Virus record (IMG/VR): IMGVR_UViG_3300029930_000001
Location: 1 to 64,000 of that record
Source of the DNA: a virus
Taxonomy: Duplodnaviria > Caudoviricetes
Direction: 5' to 3' (one strand)
Length of the DNA stretch: 64,000 nt
In this document: positions 44,213 to 54,676 of the stretch, piece by piece
Layout of the letters: each line of letters opens with the position of its first letter
How positions within the stretch are numbered: the first letter of the stretch is position 1
Notes under the pieces: model-generated
What the model was told of the DNA's origin: nothing
The model's database searches: none
Seen by the model: only the letters and a program-made list of their open reading frames with translations
Position numbers and translations under genes: made by a program

Positions 44213-47062
44213 ATGGCCGACCAAAGAATTTCAGAACTGTTTGAAATTACGAGCAGTGGCGTTGCGGCTGAAGACGTACTGCCTATTGTTGACACAAGTG
44301 TTAGTCAAACGAAGAAAACGACAGCTAAAAACCTAGCGGAAGCCGGGTTTCGTTTAGCCAGTAACGCGACGTTAGATATTGCAAAAATCGACCAAAACAG
44401 CGCGACAAAAATAAGTTCAGTTGCAATTGCTAGTGGTGCTATTACAGAGCCAAAATTGGGCTCTTTGTCTGTCGCATCTGGTGCATTGCAAGATGGAGCA
44501 GTTACTACTGTCAAACTTGCTGATTCTGGCGTTACAACAATTAAAGTTGCCAGTGGGGCTATTACTGGCGCGAAAATCGCAGCCTTAACGATTGAGTCCG
44601 GCAATGTAGCGAACGGGGCCATTGGTACCAATCAATTAGCGGCCAGTGGAATTACTACCGTCAAAATGGCGGATAATGTCGTCACTTTTGCCAAAATTCA
44701 GCAAGTTGCAACGGATGTTTTAATTGGCCGATCATCTGCTGGTAGCGGCAACATTGAAACCATTGCTCTTACTTCCGCCGGCCGTGCTCTTTTGGACGAC
44801 GCTGATGCAGCGGCTCAACGATCTACGCTTGGCCTAGGCAATATCGCCCTGGCTAGTGGCACTTGGTCTAACGGCTCTAGCGTGAGCGGAACGAATACTG
44901 GCGACCAAACCATTGTCTTGAGCGGTGTAGTCAATGGTACAGGAACCACGGGGATTAATACAAGTTTTGTAGACGGAACAGTTAACACTGCTGCTCTAGC
45001 AAGCGCCAGTGTTACAACAGCAAAAATTGCAGACGATGCTATCACTGCAGATAAACTGGCGGACGATAGCTCAACAATTGTTGCCACGACAACGCCTGCT
45101 AGTGGCAGCTTTGAAGGGCAAGGCTTTTTTAATAGCAGCACTAAACAGCATTTTGTATGGGATGGGGCTAGCTGGTCTGAGAGTTCAGAAGTGGCATCCT
45201 TTGCCTTTGCCGTGGCTTCTGGCGTTAGCTCACCATTGACTTTGGCTGGTTCAGTAGCCAGTAAAACAGCAACAATCACGCAAGATTTAAATACACAAGC
45301 GGCGAATCGTTTCTTTGCTGGACCTACCACCGGTGTAGATGCAAAGCCTACATTTCGGGCTATTGACACTTCAGATTTACCATTGGCTACAGCGTCTACC
45401 GTCGGTATTGTTAGGCCTGGCAGTGGCTTAACAATTTTTGCGAATGGCGTTATTGATCACAACACATCTGTCGCCTCGGGCACCTATTATCGCGTGACCA
45501 TTGATGGCAACGGTCATGTAACTGGAGGCACAAATGTTTTAGTGGCTTCAGACATCCCAAGTCTTGATGCCAGCAAGATTAACACTGGTAGCTTTAGTAG
45601 TGCATACATTGCGGATGATGCAATTATTTCTTCAAAAGTGGCAGATCGAGTGGTTTGTCAATTTGGAGAAAGTCGTCCCGCTGCGGGTGATTTTGTTGGT
45701 CAGTTTTTCTATGATCCAATCAATCGCGATACTTACGTTTGGGACTCCAACGTTTGGCAAGAGATTAGTGTAACTGCTGGCGCCATTGTCCTTGCTGGTT
45801 TATACAACGCAACGACCAATCGAATTACAGCGCTAACGGGAGCTGGGGCAGCAGTTTCTGGTTTAACAGTTTCTGGCGTCATTCCGACGGCTTCAAGCGG
45901 AAATAGCGGCTACTACTTTTTGGTAACAACAAGCGGAGTGGGAAGTGGCAATGCGCCAAACACGGCGTTGGTACCTCCTGATTTGATTATTTCCAATGGA
46001 AGCGCTTGGTATGAAGTGGATGTTAGCAGTTCCTATGTGAGCCAAAACGCGGCAAGCATTTCTTTCACTCCATCGGGAGAAGTGAGCGCCACTAATGTGC
46101 AAGCTGCAATCACTGAAGTGAGCAGTGAATGCAGAAATGCAGACAATATTACGAGCGGCACGTTGGCCGTCGCAAGAGGAGGGACAAGTTATGCGTCCTA
46201 TACGAAGGGAGACATCATTGTTGCATCGGGGACAACTGTTCTTTCCAAGCTGTCTGTTGGGGCAAATGGGCGGGTCTTAACTGCTGATTCCACGGCTGCG
46301 TTAGGTGTGAAGTGGGAAACCGCTACAAATGGAACAGTAACAACAGTCAGTGGTGTAAGCCCATTAAGCGTGGTCAATCCTACGACTACTCCAGTTATTA
46401 GCGTCGCCGCAGCCACCACCTCTGCAGCGGGCGTGGTTCAGCTTTCTGATAGCACCAATACCACGAGTAGTGCAATAGCAGCAACGAGTACAGCAGTCAA
46501 GAGCGCCTACGATTTAGCAAATGCAGCACTGCCTAAAACTGGTGGCACGATTACAGGTAATTTAACGGTATCCGGTCTTACCGTATCGCAGAATTTACAA
46601 GTGACTGGTAGCGGCATTCCTGCTAATGGAATGTATTTGCCATCATCTAATACGCTTTCTTTTTCGACAAACAGTTCTCAGCGAATGACAATTGCCAGCG
46701 ACGGCAAGATTGGCTTGAATCAGGCTTCGCCTGTCACCACTGTCGATTTAGCTGGCGCTTATTCTTCAAATGTGGTAGCTGTTGCAGCCTTGAATATTGA
46801 CTGCAGCCTTGGTAATTATTTCACGAAGACTATTAGTGCCAATAGCACCTTTACAATATCCAATGTTCCGGCTTCTCGGGCATACGCATTTACAATTGAA
46901 GTGACTCATACAACGGGGACTATCACATGGTTTAGCGGAGTGGAATGGCCTGGAGGTCTTGCCCCGTCATTGACCACAGGGAAAACACATTTGTTTACGT
47001 TTGTGACAGATGATGGTGGCAGCAGGTGGCGCGGCTCAGCTTTAACTAACTATACGAATTGA
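44213..47062 (+). CDS. long tail fibre protein
   Basis: MADQRISEL N-terminus, repeated (G/A)VTT.KLA units, T/S/G-rich, C-terminal fibre tip. Confidence 0.85.
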   Translation: MADQRISELFEITSSGVAAEDVLPIVDTSVSQTKKTTAKNLAEAGFRLASNATLDIAKIDQNSATKISSVAIASGAITEPKLGSLSVASGALQDGAVTTVKLADSGVTTIKVASGAITGAKIAALTIESGNVANGAIGTNQLAASGITTVKMADNVVTFAKIQQVATDVLIGRSSAGSGNIETIALTSAGRALLDDADAAAQRSTLGLGNIALASGTWSNGSSVSGTNTGDQTIVLSGVVNGTGTTGINTSFVDGTVNTAALASASVTTAKIADDAITADKLADDSSTIVATTTPASGSFEGQGFFNSSTKQHFVWDGASWSESSEVASFAFAVASGVSSPLTLAGSVASKTATITQDLNTQAANRFFAGPTTGVDAKPTFRAIDTSDLPLATASTVGIVRPGSGLTIFANGVIDHNTSVASGTYYRVTIDGNGHVTGGTNVLVASDIPSLDASKINTGSFSSAYIADDAIISSKVADRVVCQFGESRPAAGDFVGQFFYDPINRDTYVWDSNVWQEISVTAGAIVLAGLYNATTNRITALTGAGAAVSGLTVSGVIPTASSGNSGYYFLVTTSGVGSGNAPNTALVPPDLIISNGSAWYEVDVSSSYVSQNAASISFTPSGEVSATNVQAAITEVSSECRNADNITSGTLAVARGGTSYASYTKGDIIVASGTTVLSKLSVGANGRVLTADSTAALGVKWETATNGTVTTVSGVSPLSVVNPTTTPVISVAAATTSAAGVVQLSDSTNTTSSAIAATSTAVKSAYDLANAALPKTGGTITGNLTVSGLTVSQNLQVTGSGIPANGMYLPSSNTLSFSTNSSQRMTIASDGKIGLNQASPVTTVDLAGAYSSNVVAVAALNIDCSLGNYFTKTISANSTFTISNVPASRAYAFTIEVTHTTGTITWFSGVEWPGGLAPSLTTGKTHLFTFVTDDGGSRWRGSALTNYTN

Positions 47063-47063
47063 C

Positions 47064-48293
47064 ATGGACAGGTTAAATTCCGCATTACTTTTTAGCGGAG
47101 GATCTCAGCAATATTGGCATGCGCTAGCTGGGACCGCCTCAACTGAATCGGCCACCGCCATTGCTGTTGATCCTTCTCTGTCTGTCTATGTGGGCAGCAG
47201 TACGGGCGTTATTGCCTGTTACGACAGGTTTGGAACGCTGCAATGGCAACGGCGGGTAATTGGAGCAGGATCGGCTAAGGGGATGTTTGCCAGGAGCGAC
47301 GCTTTGTACATTGCTTTCCAAGAGAAAATTGTCAAATATAGTTACGACGGAGTTTTGCAGTGGTCGCGATATATAGGCATTAACTATTCTTTCTTTGGGA
47401 TGGCTGGTTTATATTCTGGCAGTACTGGTTTTTACGTGGCATTCAACGACAATTCATCTGGCCCAGATGCCATTTCAATTCTCAAGATTAATAGCAGTGG
47501 TAGTCTTGTATGGCAGAAGAGGCTGTCCGACACATTGTACGCAGCAGATGGCTTTTTCACTTATTCCGGTGTTGCAGTTGGCTCGGATGACAGCTTGTTC
47601 TTAACGGGAAGATCTAGCTCTCCATCCACTCCATCGTTGCTTGCGGCAAAACTCTCGCCTGGAGGATCACTACTGTGGATTAAGGCGTATACCAATGTCA
47701 CGGGCGTAGCAGTGGCAGTTGACCAATCTGGAAGTTCTTATTTCTTAGGGGACACATCAAGCAATGGAGACGTGGTGCTAATCAAGCTTAATTCAAGCGG
47801 CACGCAAACATTTCAGTATAGATTTGGGGGTTCTTCCACTGTAGAGAATGCCATTGATATTGCAATTGATTCAAGGGGCACTCCATTGTTTATTGCGAAT
47901 AGCGGAAGTTTTGCTTATTTAGTGAAGCTAGTCCTTGCTCAGTCATCAATGGAATGGCAAAAAACAATTGACTTTGCAGGAACCGGCAACACTCGTTTTT
48001 ATTCTGCAGCATTGGATGCACAGGATAATATTTACATTGCCGGAGATACGGACGTATCCTCACTTTCGCAGGGGCTTTATGACATGGCAACCATTAAGCT
48101 TCCTACCACTTCCTCTCCAAGTAATGGTATTGTTAATAATTTAGACATTTCCAGTGGAGGGCGAACTTTCACCACTTCTACGTTCACTTCTTCTACACCT
48201 CCATTCCTTGTTTCCACTCCTTCTTTTACATTGCTTGACGCAGGCTTAACAGACGAAGCCGGCACGCTTGTTTCTACCACTTGGCGACGATAA
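47064..48293 (+). CDS. beta-propeller protein (possible receptor-binding)
   Basis: Repeated A.D.SG..Y.G / K.NSSG..W blades. Confidence 0.7.
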   Translation: MDRLNSALLFSGGSQQYWHALAGTASTESATAIAVDPSLSVYVGSSTGVIACYDRFGTLQWQRRVIGAGSAKGMFARSDALYIAFQEKIVKYSYDGVLQWSRYIGINYSFFGMAGLYSGSTGFYVAFNDNSSGPDAISILKINSSGSLVWQKRLSDTLYAADGFFTYSGVAVGSDDSLFLTGRSSSPSTPSLLAAKLSPGGSLLWIKAYTNVTGVAVAVDQSGSSYFLGDTSSNGDVVLIKLNSSGTQTFQYRFGGSSTVENAIDIAIDSRGTPLFIANSGSFAYLVKLVLAQSSMEWQKTIDFAGTGNTRFYSAALDAQDNIYIAGDTDVSSLSQGLYDMATIKLPTTSSPSNGIVNNLDISSGGRTFTTSTFTSSTPPFLVSTPSFTLLDAGLTDEAGTLVSTTWRR

Positions 48294-48730
48294 TGTATGC
48301 ATTGGTTAACGATGGGAAAGTAGTTGAATATCCACTTTCCGAAGGAGACATTAAGCATCGTTTTGCGAATACAAGCTTTGAAAGTCCATTCAAGCCTCCA
48401 AGCGGATTTGTCTTGGTAGCAGATAGTCCAAGGCCCATCCTTGATTATGCGAGAGAGGCCAAAGAAGGAGAACCTTGTTTTATTGATGGTCAATTAACGA
48501 GGACCTGGGAAATCTATCAACTGCCTAAGGAGGAAGTCCAAAAGCGTTTGAGACAAAAAACGGAAGAAGTGAGAGCGGATAGAAATCGTAAGCTTATGGC
48601 TACAGACTGGACCCAGCTAGTAGATGCTCCTGTTGATAAAGAAAAATGGGCAAAGTATAGGCAAGAGTTGCGAAATCTTTCAAGGCAAGAGGGGTTTCCA
48701 TGGGATGTGAAATGGCCCGTGATGCCTTGA
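48281..48730 (+). CDS. tail fibre assembly chaperone
   Basis: RADRNRKL.ATDWTQL.DAP....W..YRQ.LR....Q.GFP....WP..P. Confidence 0.85.
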   Translation: MATIMYALVNDGKVVEYPLSEGDIKHRFANTSFESPFKPPSGFVLVADSPRPILDYAREAKEGEPCFIDGQLTRTWEIYQLPKEEVQKRLRQKTEEVRADRNRKLMATDWTQLVDAPVDKEKWAKYRQELRNLSRQEGFPWDVKWPVMP

Positions 48731-48782
48731 CTGTATTGAGCGCTTGTTATTTGTAGAATAAAATTTCTGGGGCAAGCATATC

Positions 48783-49367
48783 ATGATCTATCCCGCCACT
48801 TACGACATTACAATTCTTCAAAATTCCACGTGGAAAGGAGAGTTTCGTGCAACTGGCGAGCGAAAGCCAATTGATAGTGTTGTTGTTATTGCCAGTGGTG
48901 CCACGTTTAATGCTCCGTGTCATGGATTGAGTGCTGGCAATAAAGTGGTATTTACTGGTAGCGGAACTTTACCATGCGGGCTGGATTTCAATACTGTTTA
49001 TTATGCCATTGCGTCGGGACTTTCGCATAGCACGTTTAAAGTGGCCGCGAGCAGTGGCGGAACAGAAGTGGCGGTTAGCAGCAATGCCAGTGGAGTGTTT
49101 TATTTTGCCCCTCCATTGAACATGTCTGGGTATGCTGTTGATGCAGACATTAAGCAATTAACGAACGACACGCAAGTTGCCACATTTTCTTGCTCAATTG
49201 TTGATAGTGGAAATGGAGCTTTTAGGGTGGAAATGGCACCCAGCGTTTCGTCTGGCATTGCCACTGGTCGATATGGTTATGACGTTAGCCTGACCACTTC
49301 TGGCGGCGAACGTTATTACTGGCTTACTGGCACTGCTACAGTAGTGCGCACTTATTCAAGGAATTAA
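48783..49367 (+). CDS. fibre adaptor (BppU-like Ig fold) with beta-barrel insertion
   Basis: PATYDITI.Q...W ... G.Y.YDV...; paralog of 54330-54674. Confidence 0.65.
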   Translation: MIYPATYDITILQNSTWKGEFRATGERKPIDSVVVIASGATFNAPCHGLSAGNKVVFTGSGTLPCGLDFNTVYYAIASGLSHSTFKVAASSGGTEVAVSSNASGVFYFAPPLNMSGYAVDADIKQLTNDTQVATFSCSIVDSGNGAFRVEMAPSVSSGIATGRYGYDVSLTTSGGERYYWLTGTATVVRTYSRN

Positions 49368-49430
49368 TGGTTAGCCAATGGAAGATTGTTTTCTGCGTTT
49401 AAAATAGGACAATGGCTCTAGAGGGCGCAC

Positions 49431-52301
49431 ATGGCCGACGTACAACTTGTTGAAATTTCCGCAACCGAAGGGGCGCAAATAATTAATAGCACAGTTGAAG
49501 CACAGCAGCCAGCACAAATTGTATTGGCAGTGCCTGGAGTGCAAGGGCCAACTGGCAATAATCTCCCAGCAAGCGGGACAACACATCAAGTGTTGTTTAA
49601 GCAAAGTAATACAAACTATGACACTGGATGGAAGCTGATTACGAATGATAATGTGGATGGAGCGGCTGCGATTGCGGGAACAAAAATTAGCCCTAATTTT
49701 GGCAGTCAAACAATACAGACCACGGGCGTGTTTAGTCATGCATTGGGAACGACTGGTGCGCCAAGCATCACTTTTACGGGAGACGTAAATACCGGCATCT
49801 ACAGCCCCGGCGCGGACCAACTAGCCCTGAGCACTAATGGCACTGGGCGGTTGTTTGTGGATGCGAGTGGGCGTGTTGGCATAGGCCAGTCAGTCCCCGT
49901 CGACAGTCTTCATGTGGTTGGTGCAGCAAGATTTGGAAGCACAAACTTCATAGGGATAGGTGCAGATGGAAGTGGGTCTTATTTGGAAAGCGTCATCGGC
50001 ACTCACGTTCTTAGATTCAATACAAACGGATCAGAACGCCTGCGCATCACCAGCGACGGCAAGGTCGGTATTGGGATGAGTTCGCCGAGCACTACTCTCG
50101 ACGTAATAGGAAATAGCCGTATTAGAACGGGCGCAAAGTCGGGGAGCAATACCTATCTGAATCTGGAGTCTACGGATGCGACGAATACGATGTCGCTTAC
50201 ATTCCAGAATGCGACCAATCAAGCATGGATCATTCAGGCGGTTGAAAACGGCGTTGCATATAGACCTATTGCACTTAATCCTTCTGGCGGCAATGTCGGC
50301 ATCGGCACCACGAGCCCTGGCGGCAAGCTACAGATTAACGCTCAAGATGGATTTTTGTTTGATGTTGGTGCCGGCGCGTATTCCTACATGCGTTTTGGTT
50401 CTCAAAACGCAGGAGAAGGTGTTGCAGAGCTTGCAAACGAGAGAAGTTCCGCGAAAGTATTTCTCAAAACTGGCCTTACAGGATCAACACTAAATACAAG
50501 ACTAGAGATTGATGGCGCAGGTGCAACAATTATCAATAACCAAAGCGGAACCGAACGCGCCCGCATCGACTCCTCCGGCCGCCTGCTGGTGGGGACGTCT
50601 AGTGCGCTAAATGTTGGCGGAAATCTAGGATTTGAGCCGTTGCAAGTAAATGGGATTGGCATGAGCCTTCCAAGGTTTGCCGCCGCTGGGAATGGCTCAA
50701 TCTTGACGTTTAGTCGCAGTCTATCCTCAACAACAGGAACAAACACTTCCGTAGCAAGCGGCACGCATTTAGGCGCTATTGAGTTTACGGGAGCCGATGG
50801 AACTTCTTACCCAATTGCTGCCCAAATTATTGCCGCAGTAGACGGCACCCCCGGCGCCAACGACATGCCGGGGCGCCTTGTCTTCAGTACCACCGCTGAT
50901 GGTGCTAGTTCTCCAACCGAGCGCCTCCGCATCACCAGCACCGGCAACGTCGGCATTGGGATTAGTACGCCTAACTATTTAATAACGGCAAATTCCTCTA
51001 CTGCAATTTCTGCGCTCCAGTTTATAAATTCTTCAACCGGCTCTACCGCAAGTGATGGGTTCCTTGTCTACAACAACGGTCTTAATGCAATCCTGTCTAA
51101 CGAAGAGGCCGGAGACTTGCGGCTTCAAACGAGCGGGCAGCAACGGCTGACAATTGATTCCTCAGGTCGCGTAGGGATTGGCACTACGAGTCCTGGAGCA
51201 ACCCTTCACGTCGAGGGTTCTGAACTCAGAGTCAAAAACGGCACTGGTGTTCCTAACGTTACGATTGCGGGCCGCGATACGGATGGGACCGCTATTCTTG
51301 CTTTTCAGAATAATGGGTCGTCTTCTAGTAATGCAACTTTAACCGCCACAACAAATACTCTTGCTATTGCAACCGGCGGCACCGAACGCCTCCGCATCGA
51401 CAGCTCCGGCAGATTGCTGGTGGGGACGAGTACAGCACGAAGCAACTTCTTTAACACATCTACCTTTGCTCCAGGTATTCAACTTGAAGGAGCAATAGAT
51501 CAAAACCGCATCCTCTCTGTTGTTGGCTCTGACTCTGGCGGCGCTGGCGGCGTTTTGGTTCTAGCTAGTCAAAAAAGCGGAGCCGTTGGTGGAAACACGA
51601 TTGTTACCAATAATGGTCAGCTTGGGCTTGTAAGTTTCCAAGGCAGTGATGGCACTGAGTTTGTTGAGGCTGCGCGGATTCAGGCCGAAGTAGACGGCAC
51701 CCCAGGCGCCAACGACATGCCAGGCCGCCTGGTCTTCTCCACCACCGCCGACGGGGCGAGTTCTCCGACACAGAGAATGACCATCTATAACAATGGCAAT
51801 ACAGGTATTTTTACAACCAGCGTAGACAGCTTGTTCCTTGATAACTCTGCCGCCGCTGGAACTACGGTTAGTTTTCTATTAGGAAGGTACGGCGCCACCG
51901 GGCTTGGCTCTGGAACAGCTTCTTTCCGCGTGTGGACCAATGGCAATGTAGTCAATACAAATAATTCTTACGGTGCTATCTCCGACATCAAACTGAAGGA
52001 AAACATTGCTGACGCTGGTTCCCAGTGGGACGATATCAAGGCACTTCAGGTCCGTAAGTACAACTTCAAAGAAGGCCAGACCCACACCCAAATCGGTCTA
52101 GTCGCCCAAGAAGTAGAACAGGTCTCCCCTGGTCTAGTTTACGAATCCCCTGACCGCGACGAAGACGGAAACGACCTTGGCACCGTCACCAAGAGCGTCA
52201 ACTACTCCGTGCTTTATATGAAAGCGGTGAAGGCACTGCAGGAAGCAATGGAGCGCATCGAAACCCTTGAGGCTAAAGTTGCTGCTGTTGAAACACCGTA
52301 A
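49431..52301 (+). CDS. tail fibre with C-terminal peptidase S74 intramolecular chaperone
   Basis: ERLRI.S.G.VGIG repeats; SDIKLKENI, GL.AQE, V.Y..L...A.KALQE. Confidence 0.9.
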   Translation: MADVQLVEISATEGAQIINSTVEAQQPAQIVLAVPGVQGPTGNNLPASGTTHQVLFKQSNTNYDTGWKLITNDNVDGAAAIAGTKISPNFGSQTIQTTGVFSHALGTTGAPSITFTGDVNTGIYSPGADQLALSTNGTGRLFVDASGRVGIGQSVPVDSLHVVGAARFGSTNFIGIGADGSGSYLESVIGTHVLRFNTNGSERLRITSDGKVGIGMSSPSTTLDVIGNSRIRTGAKSGSNTYLNLESTDATNTMSLTFQNATNQAWIIQAVENGVAYRPIALNPSGGNVGIGTTSPGGKLQINAQDGFLFDVGAGAYSYMRFGSQNAGEGVAELANERSSAKVFLKTGLTGSTLNTRLEIDGAGATIINNQSGTERARIDSSGRLLVGTSSALNVGGNLGFEPLQVNGIGMSLPRFAAAGNGSILTFSRSLSSTTGTNTSVASGTHLGAIEFTGADGTSYPIAAQIIAAVDGTPGANDMPGRLVFSTTADGASSPTERLRITSTGNVGIGISTPNYLITANSSTAISALQFINSSTGSTASDGFLVYNNGLNAILSNEEAGDLRLQTSGQQRLTIDSSGRVGIGTTSPGATLHVEGSELRVKNGTGVPNVTIAGRDTDGTAILAFQNNGSSSSNATLTATTNTLAIATGGTERLRIDSSGRLLVGTSTARSNFFNTSTFAPGIQLEGAIDQNRILSVVGSDSGGAGGVLVLASQKSGAVGGNTIVTNNGQLGLVSFQGSDGTEFVEAARIQAEVDGTPGANDMPGRLVFSTTADGASSPTQRMTIYNNGNTGIFTTSVDSLFLDNSAAAGTTVSFLLGRYGATGLGSGTASFRVWTNGNVVNTNNSYGAISDIKLKENIADAGSQWDDIKALQVRKYNFKEGQTHTQIGLVAQEVEQVSPGLVYESPDRDEDGNDLGTVTKSVNYSVLYMKAVKALQEAMERIETLEAKVAAVETP

Positions 52302-52305
52302 TCAG

Positions 52306-52434
52306 ATGACCTACACCCTCAAAGAACAAGCGCTCGCTCTTCTCAAAAGCATTGAAAACTCCGATGATGCTTGCTGTTCGTGGGACTTCACCACGATTCG
52401 GGAAGCGTTGGAATCCATCCCTGACGAACAGTAG
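52306..52434 (+). CDS. small hypothetical protein (42 aa)
   Basis: Translated by hand: MTYTLKEQALALLKSIENSDDACCSWDFTTIREALESIPDEQ. Confidence 0.5.
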   Translation: MTYTLKEQALALLKSIENSDDACCSWDFTTIREALESIPDEQ

Positions 52435-52556
52435 TCCCCTTCTCTTCCATGCCCAGCGCACCTGTGCCTTACGCAGGTACGCCGAACGGGGCAATCACAA
52501 GGGGATCATTTCCCTAAAAACTCTCTTTAAACTAGTACAAAGCAATTTAACTCATC

Positions 52557-52871
52557 ATGGCAACCACCATTACTTACAACATCGCCAACATGGAGCGCAC
52601 GCTCGTTGATGGCATTGTTTACACTGTTCACTACACTGTTGATGCGTTTGACGGCACTTATCGGGCAGGTGCTTACGGAAGCATTGGCCTTGAGCCGCCT
52701 GAAGAGGATAGCCTCATCCCCTTTGCCGATCTTACGTCTGACACTGTTGTGGGCTGGACAAAAGACAAGCTTGGTGAAGAGCAGTGTGCCAATATTGAGG
52801 CGGCCCTGCAGGCGCAAATTGACGAACAAAAAACGCCTTCAAAAGGAACTGGCGTGCCTTGGGCTAGCTAA
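52557..52871 (+). CDS. conserved fibre-associated small protein
   Basis: G.V..VH, IPFADLT...V.GW, G.PW. Confidence 0.8.
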   Translation: MATTITYNIANMERTLVDGIVYTVHYTVDAFDGTYRAGAYGSIGLEPPEEDSLIPFADLTSDTVVGWTKDKLGEEQCANIEAALQAQIDEQKTPSKGTGVPWAS

Positions 52872-52894
52872 ACTCTTGCTTTCACCATCGTCCA

Positions 52895-53032
52895 ATGGCA
52901 GCAAAATCGAAAGTTGGCATTAGTGGCCAAAAACTGTTTACGCCTGGCAAGCCAAAACGCAGTGCTCAAGGGCAAGGAAAAAACAGCAAACCTAATCATG
53001 GCCGCAAACAAACCAGAGGACAAGGAAAGTAA
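52895..53032 (+). CDS. small basic protein (45 aa)
   Basis: Translated by hand: 12 K/R, no D/E; followed by a terminator. Confidence 0.65.
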   Translation: MAAKSKVGISGQKLFTPGKPKRSAQGQGKNSKPNHGRKQTRGQGK

Positions 53033-53036
53033 TCAA

Positions 53037-53057
53037 GGGGCCGAAAGGCCCCTTTTT
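53037..53057 (+). terminator. intrinsic terminator
   Basis: GGGGCC-GAAA-GGCCCC-TTTTT. Confidence 0.8.
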
Positions 53058-53085
53058 AATAGCATTACAATGGGAAGAAAGCATA

Positions 53086-54312
53086 GTGATCATGGGCCAG
53101 ATTATTGCAGGCGGTGAGCAGTTTGAAACTCACATTGAAGCTGATTATCGCGGCAGGATTTTACTGAAAGGCCCTGACAGCGGAGAAGTGGATGCGTTTG
53201 GGAGGCAGCGTTTTAGCGAGCCGTTTATGCTTTTTGATAGCACTCTTCGTTATACAAAGCGTACAGATCAATGGTATGAAGCAGTTACTGGCGCTGGAAC
53301 GACAAACTATATTGCGAATGAAAGCTCCTTAGATCTCATTATCACCACTGCATCAGGAGACTCAGTGTTGCGCCGCACCAAGCGGGACATGCCTTATCAG
53401 CCAGGAAAAAGCCTACTGGTGCTGCAAAGTTTCAAAGGGGCAGAGCTAAAGTCTGGCCTGGTTCAAGAAGTGGGATTGTTTGATGATGATAATGGCGTGA
53501 TGGTAAGAGCCAGTGGCCTGTCTTTACAGTTTGTCATTCGCAGCAAAGCTTCTGGCGCCATTGTTGAAGACGTTGTTGATCAAGCATCGTGGAACCTTAA
53601 TACTTTACCAGAATTGGATTTTGGCAAAGCTCAAATATTTACCGCCGACTTGGAATGGTTAGGTGTCGGTCGAGTGAGATGCGGTTTTGTTATTGACGGA
53701 GAGATTATTTATTGCCATGAATTCAATCATGCCAATAACGTAGAGACAGTGTACATGACGACTGCCACTCTTCCGCTGTCATATCGTTTAGCTAATAACT
53801 CTACCACTACATCGTCTTCTACTATGAAGCAAATTTGCTGTTCCGCAGCAAGTGAAGGTGGCTACGAGCCCGGAGGGCCTATTTACGCTGGAGGTGCAGG
53901 ACTGACGGGCTTGTCCAGTATTACTAGTGAAACCATGGTGGCGGCCATTCGCATGGCATCTGGCCGCACTGATAACGTGATTTTGCCTTCTCAAATTGAT
54001 GTGGCAACAGACGGAAACGCAATTGCTCAATGGCGTCTCTATTTGAACCCAACTATTTCCGGCAGTTGGAACAATGCGGACAATGGTAGGGGGAATGTGC
54101 AAGTGATGAGTGGAGGCACTATCAGTAGTGGGACAATTATTGCGGCTGGGCTAGTGAGCGGCAAGAACACAGTTGAATTTAGCCCTGAAAGTGCGCTGTC
54201 TCTTTCTTTGGGCAAGGATGCCACTGGAAGCAGTGACGTACTAGCACTTACCATTCAATGTGATAGTGCCATGAAAGCCACTGGTTTCATTGGTTGGAGG
54301 GAATTGTATTAG
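53086..54312 (+). CDS. structural protein (lectin/jelly-roll-like)
   Basis: DAFGR.R.SEP..LFD, YQPGKS, D.EWLGVGRVR.G family pattern. Confidence 0.75.
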   Translation: MIMGQIIAGGEQFETHIEADYRGRILLKGPDSGEVDAFGRQRFSEPFMLFDSTLRYTKRTDQWYEAVTGAGTTNYIANESSLDLIITTASGDSVLRRTKRDMPYQPGKSLLVLQSFKGAELKSGLVQEVGLFDDDNGVMVRASGLSLQFVIRSKASGAIVEDVVDQASWNLNTLPELDFGKAQIFTADLEWLGVGRVRCGFVIDGEIIYCHEFNHANNVETVYMTTATLPLSYRLANNSTTTSSSTMKQICCSAASEGGYEPGGPIYAGGAGLTGLSSITSETMVAAIRMASGRTDNVILPSQIDVATDGNAIAQWRLYLNPTISGSWNNADNGRGNVQVMSGGTISSGTIIAAGLVSGKNTVEFSPESALSLSLGKDATGSSDVLALTIQCDSAMKATGFIGWRELY

Positions 54313-54329
54313 GATGGGAAGCAAGGAGA

Positions 54330-54674
54330 ATGGCCATGATTGACCCTGCAGTTTATAACATTACCATTCATCAAGGTGCCACTTTTGAGCTTAATTTGCA
54401 ATATAAAGATGGCACTGGTACGCCTGTCAATATGAGCGGATATACAGTGGCGGGGCAATTATGGAACAAGCTTGGCACGGCAAAGCTTGCTGATTTTACG
54501 CATCAATGGACCACTCAAGCCAGTGGTTCTTTTAAGTTGCGTTTGCCTGCTACGGTGACGAGTGGCATCACTGAGCAAGGGCAATATGACGTGATGATTA
54601 CTGAGCCCAATGGGGATAAATACTATTTCTTGCAGGGTACGGCCTTGTTTGATCCCGGTCTTACTGGACGCTAA
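54330..54674 (+). CDS. fibre adaptor (BppU-like Ig fold)
   Basis: PAVYNITI.QGATF ... G.YDV; paralog of 48783-49367. Confidence 0.7.
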   Translation: MAMIDPAVYNITIHQGATFELNLQYKDGTGTPVNMSGYTVAGQLWNKLGTAKLADFTHQWTTQASGSFKLRLPATVTSGITEQGQYDVMITEPNGDKYYFLQGTALFDPGLTGR

Positions 54675-54676
54675 TC

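Noticed and set aside
50841-51770. Internal duplicate in the tail fibre (50841-50918 versus 51693-51770) as a DGR template/variable repeat
   Set aside because: Differences are mostly synonymous third-position changes, not adenine-specific; both copies are in-frame; no reverse transcriptase in the window.
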